Below, piece by piece: positions 8,776-17,031 of a stretch of 56,203 nucleotides of DNA. A program made the position numbers and the translations under genes. The first letter of the stretch is position 1, and each line of letters starts with the position of its first letter. Below the pieces are notes generated by a model. That model ran no database searches, was not told where the DNA came from, and worked only from the letters and a program-made list of their open reading frames with translations. Source of the stretch: a virus (lineage: Duplodnaviria > Heunggongvirae > Uroviricota > Caudoviricetes). The stretch lies in the IMG/VR virus record IMGVR_UViG_2778260992_000008, positions 1 through 56,203 of that record; one strand, 5' to 3'.

Positions 8776-9098
8776 GCGAATCAAAGGAAGGAAGCAGGAA
8801 ACAAAAAGCACCTTCCAGGCACTTTAAAAATCAGGCTTAACACCTTGTCAACCGTGGAGTAACTCCCCGATGTGGGACCGAAAGCGGCACTGATAACAAG
8901 GCGCATGGGGTGTTTAAAGCGTTACATCCCCCACGAAACCGCACGCAAGGCGACGAGTCAGATCACTTGGATTGAGTGGTGTCACACCGGAAACGGCGAT
9001 GATTGCGGGATTAGTTGAACGATGTTAAGCCATTCTCTTTAACAATCTGGTCGCTACTGAAATGTAGCAAACATGATTTTAACTAAGGAGAAAAGATT

Positions 9099-9389
9099 AT
9101 GAATGCGAAGATCATTTACGGTAACTGTGAGAGCAAATTAAATGCACGGAAGCGCCGCCGGATGAAGCGGGCAGCCGAACAAGACGAAGGCCCGCACATA
9201 CAGAAGATTGATAAAGTGGAAAAAGCTATTCGCTTTGCAAATGAGGAAAGATGCAAATCAAATAGCGTTAAAGAACGTCGCAAGGGCGCGACAAAATGGT
9301 ATCAGGAAAATGAAAGCGGCAACTACTTCCACGCAACGCAGCCGCGCCAGCTTGGGGAGATCCCGTTAGATAAAGTTCGATACCATTAA
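9099..9389 (+). CDS. hypothetical basic protein (96 aa)
   Basis: Strong RBS AAGGAGAAAAGATT-ATG; first ORF after a ~320-nt leader. Confidence 0.5.
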   Translation: MNAKIIYGNCESKLNARKRRRMKRAAEQDEGPHIQKIDKVEKAIRFANEERCKSNSVKERRKGATKWYQENESGNYFHATQPRQLGEIPLDKVRYH

Positions 9390-9419
9390 TACAAAATGTA
9401 TACAATCGGAGGTGACATT

Positions 9420-9539
9420 ATGGTTATTCAGGCGCTTCAATTCAAACTGGCAGTAGCGGAAATGCTTCACGATGCCGAAATGTGGAGCGCCGCGAATAAA
9501 GCCTTATACGTAGTGTTAACAGCGAAGGAGATTAAATAG
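9420..9539 (+). CDS. small hypothetical protein (39 aa)
   Basis: RBS GGAGGTGA; stop overlaps the GTG start of erf. Confidence 0.3.
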   Translation: MVIQALQFKLAVAEMLHDAEMWSAANKALYVVLTAKEIK

Positions 9540-10174
9540 TGAAAACAGAGTTACACAAAAAGCTGTGGACGATTCAGCAAACGCTGAACGCGCCGAAAAA
9601 TCAGCGTAATAATTTTGGCGGGTATAATTACAGGTCGGCGGAGGATATTCTAGAGGCGGTTAAACCACTGCTTCAAAATATCACGCTGACTGTAAGTGAT
9701 GAAATTGTCCTGATCGGCAATCGCTATTATGTGAAAGCAACTGCAACATTAAGCGACGGTGAAGACGTAATAGCGGTAACTGCTTACGCCAGGGAGGAAG
9801 AAAGCAAGAAGGGTATGGATGCAAGCCAGCTAACAGGAGCGACATCAAGTTACGCGCGAAAATATGCTTTGAACGGCTTATTCTGCATTGATGACGCAAA
9901 AGATCCTGATACTGATGCTTACGCGAAACAGACAAATCAACAGCCGCGACAGCAGAAAAACCCGCCAAAACAACAGCAGCAGAAATCGCCGCCAAATCCT
10001 GATGAAGTATTAGCACGTTTCTGTGATGCAGCAGCAAAAGCGCCGGACGCTAACAAGCTGCGTGAAATATTTGGCAAATGTTGGAAATTACTACCGGAAG
10101 GATCGGAACATCGAATCAAGGCAAAAGATGTTTATGACATCCGGGTCGCAGAACTTAACGGGGAGATGGGTTAA
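9539..10174 (+). CDS. erf: Erf-family ssDNA annealing recombinase
   Basis: LNAPKNQ.N.FG.Y.YRS.EDILE..KPLL and IVLIGNRYYVKATAT...GATSSYARKYALNGLF match P22 Erf; GTG start. Confidence 0.8.
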   Translation: MKTELHKKLWTIQQTLNAPKNQRNNFGGYNYRSAEDILEAVKPLLQNITLTVSDEIVLIGNRYYVKATATLSDGEDVIAVTAYAREEESKKGMDASQLTGATSSYARKYALNGLFCIDDAKDPDTDAYAKQTNQQPRQQKNPPKQQQQKSPPNPDEVLARFCDAAAKAPDANKLREIFGKCWKLLPEGSEHRIKAKDVYDIRVAELNGEMG

Positions 10175-10590
10175 TGAGTTTAAATTCAATTACGCTGGGC
10201 GGGAATATCGGAAATGACATGGAAGTCCGCTACACGCAAAGCGGCAAAGCGATCGGTAGCTTCCCGTTAGCTGTAACGAATGGCTACGGCGATAATAAGC
10301 GGACAATGTGGATCACTTGTCTGGTATTTGGTGAGCGTGCGGAAAAATTAGCGCCGCATATCCGCAAGGGTGGAAAAATAGTGGTAAGCGGTCGCCTGGA
10401 TGTTCGGCAGTTTGACCGGAACGATGGCACGAAGGGGACGGCGGTCGAAGTGGCGGTTAATGAGTTCGAATTCATGAACGTTAACCAACAAGGCCAGCAG
10501 CAAGGCCAGCAGCAGAAAGCGCCGCCGCAGCAGCAGAATAATAACGGGAATAATCCGCCGATGGACTTCGACGACGATATTCCTTTTTAG
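10174..10590 (+). CDS. ssb: single-stranded DNA-binding protein
   Basis: OB-fold N-terminus, Gln/Gly-rich linker, canonical acidic tail PPMDFDDDIPF. Confidence 0.85.
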   Translation: MSLNSITLGGNIGNDMEVRYTQSGKAIGSFPLAVTNGYGDNKRTMWITCLVFGERAEKLAPHIRKGGKIVVSGRLDVRQFDRNDGTKGTAVEVAVNEFEFMNVNQQGQQQGQQQKAPPQQQNNNGNNPPMDFDDDIPF

Positions 10591-10597
10591 AATCAAT

Positions 10598-10885
10598 GTG
10601 TTAGCGATGAGTGATTATCTAAAACCGCCACCGCCACCACGAACAAAAGAGCAAGTATTAAAAGAAGCCCGTGATCAAATCGATCATGGGCTTTTTTTAT
10701 GCGGCACGGCAGCGGATCGGATGGCGAAAAGATTTAGTGACCTGTACGCAAAGCAAATATGGTTCGACAACTGGCAGGCAAGTTTTTACCCACTGCAAAG
10801 AAAACCGGATATGCATTGGCCTGAATATGTCGATCCACGTATGCGCAAATATCGCGGTCGTATGGGCCAGGTTATTAATGATTAA
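10598..10885 (+). CDS. hypothetical protein (Pro-rich N-terminus)
   Basis: ORF in track; non-ATG track start, in-frame ATG at 10607. Confidence 0.3.
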   Translation: MLAMSDYLKPPPPPRTKEQVLKEARDQIDHGLFLCGTAADRMAKRFSDLYAKQIWFDNWQASFYPLQRKPDMHWPEYVDPRMRKYRGRMGQVIND

Positions 10886-10898
10886 TGAGGTGTTAATC

Positions 10899-11150
10899 AT
10901 GACAGCTACAACATTAAGCGAAAATAACGGCAGAGGTTTTCAGAGGACTGCGGAAAGTCTTGATGATAGTGACGTATTTGTTGATTTCGGCGGCGGTAGC
11001 TATGAATTCGAAACATCGGCTGGATGGGTAGATAAATGGCCTTTCCCAACGCGCCAGGAATTAAGCGAACGTAAATCATTTGGCGAAGATGCCGAACGCC
11101 TGGCGAATAATAAATGGCTTGATAAATTCATTACGGAGGGTGGCAAATGA
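10899..11150 (+). CDS. hypothetical protein (83 aa)
   Basis: ATG 10899 with RBS GAGGTG; in frame inside track ORF 10671-11150. Confidence 0.4.
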   Translation: MTATTLSENNGRGFQRTAESLDDSDVFVDFGGGSYEFETSAGWVDKWPFPTRQELSERKSFGEDAERLANNKWLDKFITEGGK

Positions 11151-11260
11151 ATCTCGCAAAAATTGCCGCATTGCTTGCGGCTGTAGCGGTGGCGGTGCTG
11201 TATCTCAGCGTATCGCTTTATATTACGGTGGCGATCATCAAACTGATTACTAATATGTGA
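11147..11260 (+). CDS. small hydrophobic peptide (37 aa)
   Basis: MNLAKIAALLAAVAVAVLYLSVSLYITVAIIKLITNM; ATGA overlap with upstream stop. Confidence 0.3.
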   Translation: MNLAKIAALLAAVAVAVLYLSVSLYITVAIIKLITNM

Positions 11261-11268
11261 GGCTAATT

Positions 11269-11388
11269 ATGAAAGTCGGTAAGGATATTGTAACGGTTGC
11301 GCTTTGCGTTATTTGTTTCCTGTTTACGGTTGTGTTTTGCGGAGCACTGGCGGCGGTGATTGGCTTTATTGGTAAAGGGTGGATGTGA
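11269..11388 (+). CDS. small hydrophobic peptide (39 aa)
   Basis: MKVGKDIVTVALCVICFLFTVVFCGALAAVIGFIGKGWM; RBS GTGAGG. Confidence 0.3.
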   Translation: MKVGKDIVTVALCVICFLFTVVFCGALAAVIGFIGKGWM

Positions 11389-11675
11389 TGATGTTATGGG
11401 ATGCAAAGGCGGGTGATCTCGTTGTCTTGCCCGCATATCGTAGTGACCCTGGCCTGGTCGTGCTAAGTAAACCGGAAGATCAGAACGGGATTGTTGAACG
11501 TCCGGTGCTCGTAAAATACCTCGACGGGACACTAATCAAGCCGCGTTATTTTGATGCGGTCCAGCTTAAAGCGCGTAACGTGAAGTTTAAGCCGTTCCGC
11601 GATTACGCCAACAGATACTGGCGGCACTTGTTTGCCGGACTGAACGGAATGTTCGGGGTATTCTATGAATATTAA
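11388..11675 (+). CDS. hypothetical protein
   Basis: ORF in track; ATG 11388 overlaps upstream stop. Confidence 0.4.
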   Translation: MMLWDAKAGDLVVLPAYRSDPGLVVLSKPEDQNGIVERPVLVKYLDGTLIKPRYFDAVQLKARNVKFKPFRDYANRYWRHLFAGLNGMFGVFYEY

Positions 11676-11850
11676 GAAAGTGAAACACTTGAAAGGCGGT
11701 GAGCGAATAAGGGCGTGGTACGGCTACGAATTCACCGTGACGGCCTTCGATCTGCTGGCTGGCGGTGAGGTGGCTATTTACGATGAAGAATATCAGGAGG
11801 TGGGCCGCTGGCACCTGGAACAATATGTCGAGGTGTTAAATGAAAATTAA
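11665..11850 (+). CDS. hypothetical protein
   Basis: 61-aa ORF, overlapping tandem arrangement. Confidence 0.35.
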   Translation: MNIKKVKHLKGGERIRAWYGYEFTVTAFDLLAGGEVAIYDEEYQEVGRWHLEQYVEVLNEN

Positions 11851-12172
11851 ATTCCATAAAGCATATGATAGCGCGACAAATAAGCTATCACTATTTATCG
11901 AATTCGAACGCCGGATCGTGGTTGTACCTTATTCGCGGCGCTTCAATGACGCTGGCGGGCGGCGACAATTCGCGATCGATATGCTGTTACGCGGCTGCGG
12001 CCTTATGCGCCCGCTATCTGATTTGAAACGAATGATGCCTGGATCGTTCGGTCAGATTGATGAAATAGAAATAAGCCCGGAAGAACTGAAACGGGAGCGT
12101 GATTTATTCCTTTCAAGCGAAGGTATCCCGTTTAATTCAGAAACTGAAATGCGCTGGCATCACCCGTTATAA
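11840..12172 (+). CDS. hypothetical protein
   Basis: 110-aa ORF, overlapping tandem arrangement. Confidence 0.4.
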   Translation: MKIKFHKAYDSATNKLSLFIEFERRIVVVPYSRRFNDAGGRRQFAIDMLLRGCGLMRPLSDLKRMMPGSFGQIDEIEISPEELKRERDLFLSSEGIPFNSETEMRWHHPL

Positions 12173-12183
12173 GGATAAATATC

Positions 12184-12804
12184 ATGAACGACATCAAAAC
12201 AGCTTATTCACTTGGCAGCGAAGGCATGTTAATTACTCGCTACACAGAGGACGCAAGTTTTCACGAAGTGGAAACGAAGGACTATCACGAAGTCATTAAA
12301 GATATGGATGCAGGCGCGTATGACGGCGATTTAAACCTGGCCCTGCAAATTGCTGATCTTGTAATGGATGCGTCGATCCGCGATTACGTGTCTTTAAGCG
12401 CGGAAGAGAAAACATCGGTAGCGCGTTACGTATTCTGCCTCACTTTCGTAAAACGCATGGAAGAGGATTTCGGACGCGTGCCAGTACCGGAAGAACTGGA
12501 CCCGCTCGCATATGGTAGCGCGGTGATTGTCCCACTGGGGGACGGGGTGATGGGTAGCGCTTCGTTGCATACAGTCCGCGAACTGATGCGCACTATCCTT
12601 GAGGCTGGCGTGCTTCAGAAAGCGGTTGAAGATGGACACATCGAGAAAAACGCAAAAGAATTTATGCCGCTTATTTATGGCGAGATGGTCGGTAATGACA
12701 TGCGGGCTAATGATTTTGGCGTCCAGGCGGTGGCCTCAGTGCTGAATGAAGCGCGGAAACGTGCACAGCCAATGCCTCACCCGGAAAAACGTGTACTTCA
12801 TTAA
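12184..12804 (+). CDS. hypothetical protein (206 aa)
   Basis: ORF in track with upstream purine-rich RBS; no motif recognised. Confidence 0.5.
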   Translation: MNDIKTAYSLGSEGMLITRYTEDASFHEVETKDYHEVIKDMDAGAYDGDLNLALQIADLVMDASIRDYVSLSAEEKTSVARYVFCLTFVKRMEEDFGRVPVPEELDPLAYGSAVIVPLGDGVMGSASLHTVRELMRTILEAGVLQKAVEDGHIEKNAKEFMPLIYGEMVGNDMRANDFGVQAVASVLNEARKRAQPMPHPEKRVLH

Positions 12805-12807
12805 TCG

Positions 12808-12823
12808 TGTGACATCGTTCACA
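12808..12823. promoter_or_regulatory. perfect CRP-type palindrome TGTGA-N6-TCACA
   Basis: TGTGACATCGTTCACA; lies ~18 nt upstream of a candidate -35 (TTGTCC 12841-12846). Confidence 0.4.
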
Positions 12824-12903
12824 TAAATATACATTTTGTATTGTCCCGCTGTATCCGTTTTGTAAACTGAAGTTAGAAGGTATACAGAACGGAGGGCGGG
12901 AAG

Positions 12904-13086
12904 ATGACAAACTTTGAACGTAACCACAAAAGCAAAGTAAACCCGCATTTCATCATTGAGCGCACGTTAGGCGGACTATTCGCGATCCTGGTCCCGGCGG
13001 CGGCTGTAATGCTCGTTTACATGGTCATCGACCTGATCATTAAAGCCTTTAATAACGGGATCTGTATGTACGCGGTTTGCTATTAA
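12904..13086 (+). CDS. small membrane protein (60 aa)
   Basis: RBS GGAGGG; hydrophobic core LGGLFAILVPAAAVMLVYMVIDLII. Confidence 0.4.
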   Translation: MTNFERNHKSKVNPHFIIERTLGGLFAILVPAAAVMLVYMVIDLIIKAFNNGICMYAVCY

Positions 13087-13097
13087 CGGGGTGCGAT

Positions 13098-13316
13098 ATG
13101 GAACGGGAAATCATGCTGTATTGTGTCGAAGGTGGCGTAGGTCCGGGCGCTTACGTCGCCGGGCGGAAATATCCAGCAAACGAAGTGCTAAGCCATGAAC
13201 AATGGCGGGAGGACGCTTATCACGTAACTGTATGGGGCGCGGACGTCCAGGGCGTCGAGATGATCGGCATCGAGATGTATTTAGGGCGCTTCGATTACGC
13301 GGTTATGGAGGCTTAA
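13098..13316 (+). CDS. hypothetical protein
   Basis: ATG 13098 with RBS GGGGTG; inside track ORF 13077-13316. Confidence 0.4.
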   Translation: MEREIMLYCVEGGVGPGAYVAGRKYPANEVLSHEQWREDAYHVTVWGADVQGVEMIGIEMYLGRFDYAVMEA

Positions 13317-13318
13317 TC

Positions 13319-13417
13319 ATGTGGCTGATTGATTTAATCCTGGCTTGCTGGTTGATTGTTCTGGTTGGTTTTGTCGGGTATTTCGCTTGGGAAGAGGGAA
13401 AACACAATGGACGCTGA
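13319..13417 (+). CDS. small hydrophobic peptide (32 aa)
   Basis: MWLIDLILACWLIVLVGFVGYFAWEEGKHNGR. Confidence 0.3.
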   Translation: MWLIDLILACWLIVLVGFVGYFAWEEGKHNGR

Positions 13418-13496
13418 AATGATCTTTATGGCTTGTTGCTGTGGGATCGTCGCGGTTGGTCTGTTTCTCCGCTGGGTGATTGAAAAATATTTATGA
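13407..13496 (+). CDS. small Cys-containing hydrophobic peptide (29 aa)
   Basis: MDAEMIFMACCCGIVAVGLFLRWVIEKYL; RBS AGAGGG; overlaps the previous mini-ORF. Confidence 0.25.
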   Translation: MDAEMIFMACCCGIVAVGLFLRWVIEKYL

Positions 13497-13504
13497 GGCT
13501 GAAT

Positions 13505-13699
13505 ATGAAAAAGGTTGGCATCTATACATTGCCGGATAACGCTGAATTGGCCGGGATTGGTTTTCTCGGCTGTTATTACTACAACAGTGTAGGCGATATT
13601 TATCGTGTGCGTTTTGTTAATGGTGTGCAGTATTTTTGCAGATTACCAGACGTTACATTGATCGACCTTATCCGGGAGGTATCGTTACATGCGGTTTAA
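13505..13699 (+). CDS. hypothetical protein
   Basis: ATG 13505 preceded by GAGG; inside track ORF 13493-13699. Confidence 0.4.
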   Translation: MKKVGIYTLPDNAELAGIGFLGCYYYNSVGDIYRVRFVNGVQYFCRLPDVTLIDLIREVSLHAV

Positions 13700-13892
13700 A
13701 CATTACAGAGAATGGAAAATTCCAGAAGCAGCAACAAAGGCCGCACCTGGTAATTTTTCGGGCGTTTATTTTTATATGGATGGCAAATGGTATTTCGGCA
13801 GCAGGCCGGATCACTATTATCAAGAAATGTGTAAGCCTCACGTATGGGATATTAAAGAACGCGTGAAAGGCGGGGTAATTGAGGACGTTTAA
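13689..13892 (+). CDS. hypothetical protein
   Basis: 67-aa ORF, overlapping tandem arrangement. Confidence 0.4.
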   Translation: MRFKHYREWKIPEAATKAAPGNFSGVYFYMDGKWYFGSRPDHYYQEMCKPHVWDIKERVKGGVIEDV

Positions 13893-14114
13893 ATGTTAAG
13901 AGAAGTGTTTCACTTTTTTGGGGCGTGGCTTTTAGCCGCGCTTTTATTTTTCCTGGCGTGCGCCGTTGTTATTGCCGTCCTGATCGTCGGCGCAATGTTT
14001 ATCACATGGTCGCTTCCTGATGTTCAGTCGTGGGCGGAATTGCTTTTGGGTATACGCGTGCTATTCGCTTTTAGTGTTTTCGTGGGTTTTTTCTGGGTGG
14101 CCTCGACTTATTGA
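13893..14114 (+). CDS. small integral membrane protein
   Basis: 73 aa with two long hydrophobic segments. Confidence 0.45.
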   Translation: MLREVFHFFGAWLLAALLFFLACAVVIAVLIVGAMFITWSLPDVQSWAELLLGIRVLFAFSVFVGFFWVASTY

Positions 14115-14133
14115 GATGATCCGTGGTGATTAT

Positions 14134-14367
14134 ATGGCTTTATTCAACCTGTCAGAGCCGCAATTCAACGCCGTAAAAACTGCCGCACGCGCGGCGCTTT
14201 CTGCCTGCAAAGCAGAGGTAGAAAGAAACGGATATAGCGATAAAGCCACGCGGCTGATATTAGATAAGCATTATCGCAAGGTCGCCCCGCTAATCAGTAT
14301 TGAGCGTTTTGTGTGGTTGGTGGGATATCTGAATAACCGCTGGGGAGCAGATCAGGATTATTTCTAA
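14134..14367 (+). CDS. hypothetical protein
   Basis: ATG 14134 with RBS GGTGA (alternative ATG 14116); inside track ORF 14020-14367. Confidence 0.4.
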   Translation: MALFNLSEPQFNAVKTAARAALSACKAEVERNGYSDKATRLILDKHYRKVAPLISIERFVWLVGYLNNRWGADQDYF

Positions 14368-14376
14368 GGGGGCGTA

Positions 14377-14915
14377 ATGAAAAATGATTACGGCGGAAGC
14401 CATACGCCAAAAGAAATAAAGGACTTATGGCAAACGCCAAAACCCGTTTTTAGAGGAATGGATCGTGAATTCGAATTCGTCGCGGATGTGGCGGCAAACA
14501 AGGCAAACGCATTAGTTCCGCGATATATAACCGAAGAGATGGACACACTCCATTATCCGTGGGGAGCGGTAGCAATGCCTGGTGAGTATGTCTGGCTTAA
14601 TCCGCCATATTCGAATCCGGGCCATTCGTAGATAAGGCAGCGATGGAACATCACCGAAATCATATTGGCTGTGTAATGTTGTTGCCCGCTGATATCTCTG
14701 TTAACTGGTTTATGAACGGCCTGGAGACGGCAAGCGAATGTCGCTTAATCACGCGCGGGCGGCTGGCGTTTATTAATGCTGCGACGGGTAAGTCAGCAAG
14801 CGGAAACAATAAAGGGAGCTTGTTCTTGATCTGGCATCCACGGTGCAAACATGAATGTATTTTCACGCAGATAACACGTAAAGAGCTATACGCAAGAGGT
14901 GCAAATAATGACTAA
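14377..14915 (+). pseudogene. phage Dam-type DNA N6-adenine methyltransferase, reading frame disrupted
   Basis: ORF 14377-14631 has WQTP...WLNPPYS then stops; downstream frame 14643-14915 carries the VMLLPADIS...WF segment; a 1-nt frame change near 14610-14630 would join them. Confidence 0.55.
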
Positions 14916-15408
14916 GGCAACAGATTTATTGAGACTTGCGGCGGAAACCATAGAGCAAAGAGGTAAGCAAAACGGATACGACAAAAAAGAGGAAAAATCA
15001 GCGCCAAAAATAGCCGCTATTTACAACGCTAAGAAGGGGGCAAATTTAACCCCGCTTGATGTATGGGATCTACTAATTTGTCTCAAGGAGGCGCGATTAG
15101 AAGCTATTTTGAGCAATAATAGCAATCCGACAGACACGCTAATTGATTTGATTAGCTACAACGCGCTAAAAGCAGAACAAATATTAACGGAGCGGGAGGA
15201 AGAACAAAGAAAGAAACAGGCTGTTTTTGAAATGCCGCTGAATAGTGGATTTATAAAAGATGAAGCTATAACCAGTTGTAAGGGATTGCCGCCTTCTATG
15301 CTTAACCCTCAATGTGGTTGCATTTCAACTCGACTTGATTTGAAGTTTGATAGAGCTGAAGCTATTCGTGATAAGAGGTACGATCCAAATGAAAAGGGTG
15401 GTAATTGA
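14908..15408 (+). CDS. hypothetical protein (166 aa)
   Basis: ATG 14908 with RBS AAGAGGTG; no motif recognised. Confidence 0.45.
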   Translation: MTKATDLLRLAAETIEQRGKQNGYDKKEEKSAPKIAAIYNAKKGANLTPLDVWDLLICLKEARLEAILSNNSNPTDTLIDLISYNALKAEQILTEREEEQRKKQAVFEMPLNSGFIKDEAITSCKGLPPSMLNPQCGCISTRLDLKFDRAEAIRDKRYDPNEKGGN

Positions 15409-15892
15409 CAGGTTATTAGCCTGCGTTTATGTCGCCGTTTTCGTGATCATCAATCTTATTGTTAACCATTGCGGCCCGTGGGTAATTCCGATCACCACGG
15501 TAGCCGCCGTGTGTGTCAATATGATGATCCGTGACTTCCTGTTATATGACGGCGGCCTGAAATGGTCGGCTACCACATGCGCCATAGCTGGCGCGATCAC
15601 GGTGCTGATAAATTACGATGCCGGAATGGTGGCGATTGCGTCATTCGTCGCGGTTGTTTCCGGTGCGCTTATTTCTGGCGGTGTTTACCGGGTATTACCT
15701 GGTGACTTTGATTCTAAACGCTGGCCTGCAAATATAGCGTCCGCCATTGGTGATGCGTTAATTTTCCCCACGCTATCGTTTATGGCGTTTATGCCTGAAA
15801 TATCAGCTATGCAATTCATCTCAAAAATGGCGGCGGTAACGGTGATAACTATCATCATGCGCCGCTATTTCACGTTTGAGGGTAGGGAATGA
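15389..15892 (+). CDS. polytopic membrane protein, YhhQ/VUT-like (possible queuosine-precursor transporter)
   Basis: Several hydrophobic helices; resemblance to YhhQ-family segments judged by eye only. Confidence 0.4.
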   Translation: MKRVVIDRLLACVYVAVFVIINLIVNHCGPWVIPITTVAAVCVNMMIRDFLLYDGGLKWSATTCAIAGAITVLINYDAGMVAIASFVAVVSGALISGGVYRVLPGDFDSKRWPANIASAIGDALIFPTLSFMAFMPEISAMQFISKMAAVTVITIIMRRYFTFEGRE

Positions 15893-16677
15893 GCAGGGCT
15901 AAACATTGGTTAAATAAACAGCTTAGAAATTGGGTGGTGTGGTCGCTGTACGACGGCAGCGGGTACGCTGTTAAAGATTGGGCGGACGCTGGTTATAAAT
16001 GTTATTGCTTTAACTATGACGGCGCTAATCACGGCGATTATGACGGGGTAAAAATAATTCATCCAAATATTGAATATGTCAACGTCTGGATTGATAGCCA
16101 TTTCCTGGTAATGTTCTCCCCTGAATTGTCTGTATATCCAGATCCTGACATTATCCTGGGCTTTCCTCCGTGTGATGATCTTGCTGTGTCCGGCGCTCGT
16201 TGGTTCGCTGATAAGCGGAAGAAAGATCCTTACTTTCAGCAGAAAGCAGCGTACAACGCAAAACTGGTAGAAACGCTGGCGAGTATGTATAACGTCCCGT
16301 GGATGGTGGAAAATCCTGTGGGCGCACTGTCAACGTTATGGCGTAAACCTGATTTTATTTTCAATCCGTGCGCTTACGGTGGCTACCTGCCGGAAGATGA
16401 CAAGCATCCTGCTTTCCCGGAATACATCGCTGCCCGTGACGCCTACACGAAGAAAACTTGTATTTGGTGTGGAAATGGATTTAAGCAGCCGCTATTCCGG
16501 CCTGTATCGATGCCGGATGAATGGGAAGACAGTAAACAGCACGCTAAGTTAGGAGGAAAATCGAAACGCACTAAGATGATCCGCTCACTAACGCCGCGCG
16601 GCTTTGCCCGTGCTGTATTCCTGGCTAACGACCGGGCTATCACGCGGACGACGCTTAACCGTGTTTTACCGGATTGA
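15889..16677 (+). CDS. DNA C5-cytosine methyltransferase-like protein with atypical motif IV
   Basis: Motif I-like LYDGSGY; motif IV-like GFPPCDD (canonical PCQ); motif VI-like MVENPVG; only 262 aa. Confidence 0.45.
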   Translation: MSRAKHWLNKQLRNWVVWSLYDGSGYAVKDWADAGYKCYCFNYDGANHGDYDGVKIIHPNIEYVNVWIDSHFLVMFSPELSVYPDPDIILGFPPCDDLAVSGARWFADKRKKDPYFQQKAAYNAKLVETLASMYNVPWMVENPVGALSTLWRKPDFIFNPCAYGGYLPEDDKHPAFPEYIAARDAYTKKTCIWCGNGFKQPLFRPVSMPDEWEDSKQHAKLGGKSKRTKMIRSLTPRGFARAVFLANDRAITRTTLNRVLPD

Positions 16678-16699
16678 TGTTTACAAAATGGCGTCATTG

Positions 16700-16715
16700 T
16701 GTGATGAAGGTCACA
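16700..16715. promoter_or_regulatory. perfect CRP-type palindrome TGTGA-N6-TCACA
   Basis: TGTGATGAAGGTCACA, ~18 nt upstream of candidate -35 TTGTTC (16733-16738) and -10 TATACT (16755-16760). Confidence 0.4.
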
Positions 16716-16840
16716 TAATGGCGCTTTTTACTTTGTTCGGGTGTATCCATTTTGTATACTGCAATCAAACGAAATGCTCTTTAAAAATCCGGCCCCGCTG
16801 AAATGCGGAAACACATCACCTAACAGAATGAGATCAAATT

Positions 16841-17017
16841 ATGAACGATGACAGGTATGCGTGGCATGACGACTACGAGCGCGAATGCGTAATGCGGGCA
16901 ATGTGCAATTTGTGTAACCCCGACAAAGGAGACTGTAACGAGTGCAACAAATGCGTAGATCATTGGCTAAGGGCCGGAGCCGCCGCAAAGCCGAACGAAA
17001 TAGAAAATCGAAAATAA
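16841..17017 (+). CDS. small Cys-rich protein, NinF-like by position
   Basis: 58 aa with eight Cys (CNLCNPDKGDCNECNKC); immediately upstream of ninG; weak RBS. Confidence 0.35.
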   Translation: MNDDRYAWHDDYERECVMRAMCNLCNPDKGDCNECNKCVDHWLRAGAAAKPNEIENRK

Positions 17018-17031
17018 TTGGGGTGATCTTT

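Noticed and set aside
14600-14640. Programmed ribosomal frameshift joining the two Dam-type reading frames
   Set aside because: No X-XXY-YYZ slippery heptamer or obvious stimulatory structure; a mutation or sequencing indel is more likely.
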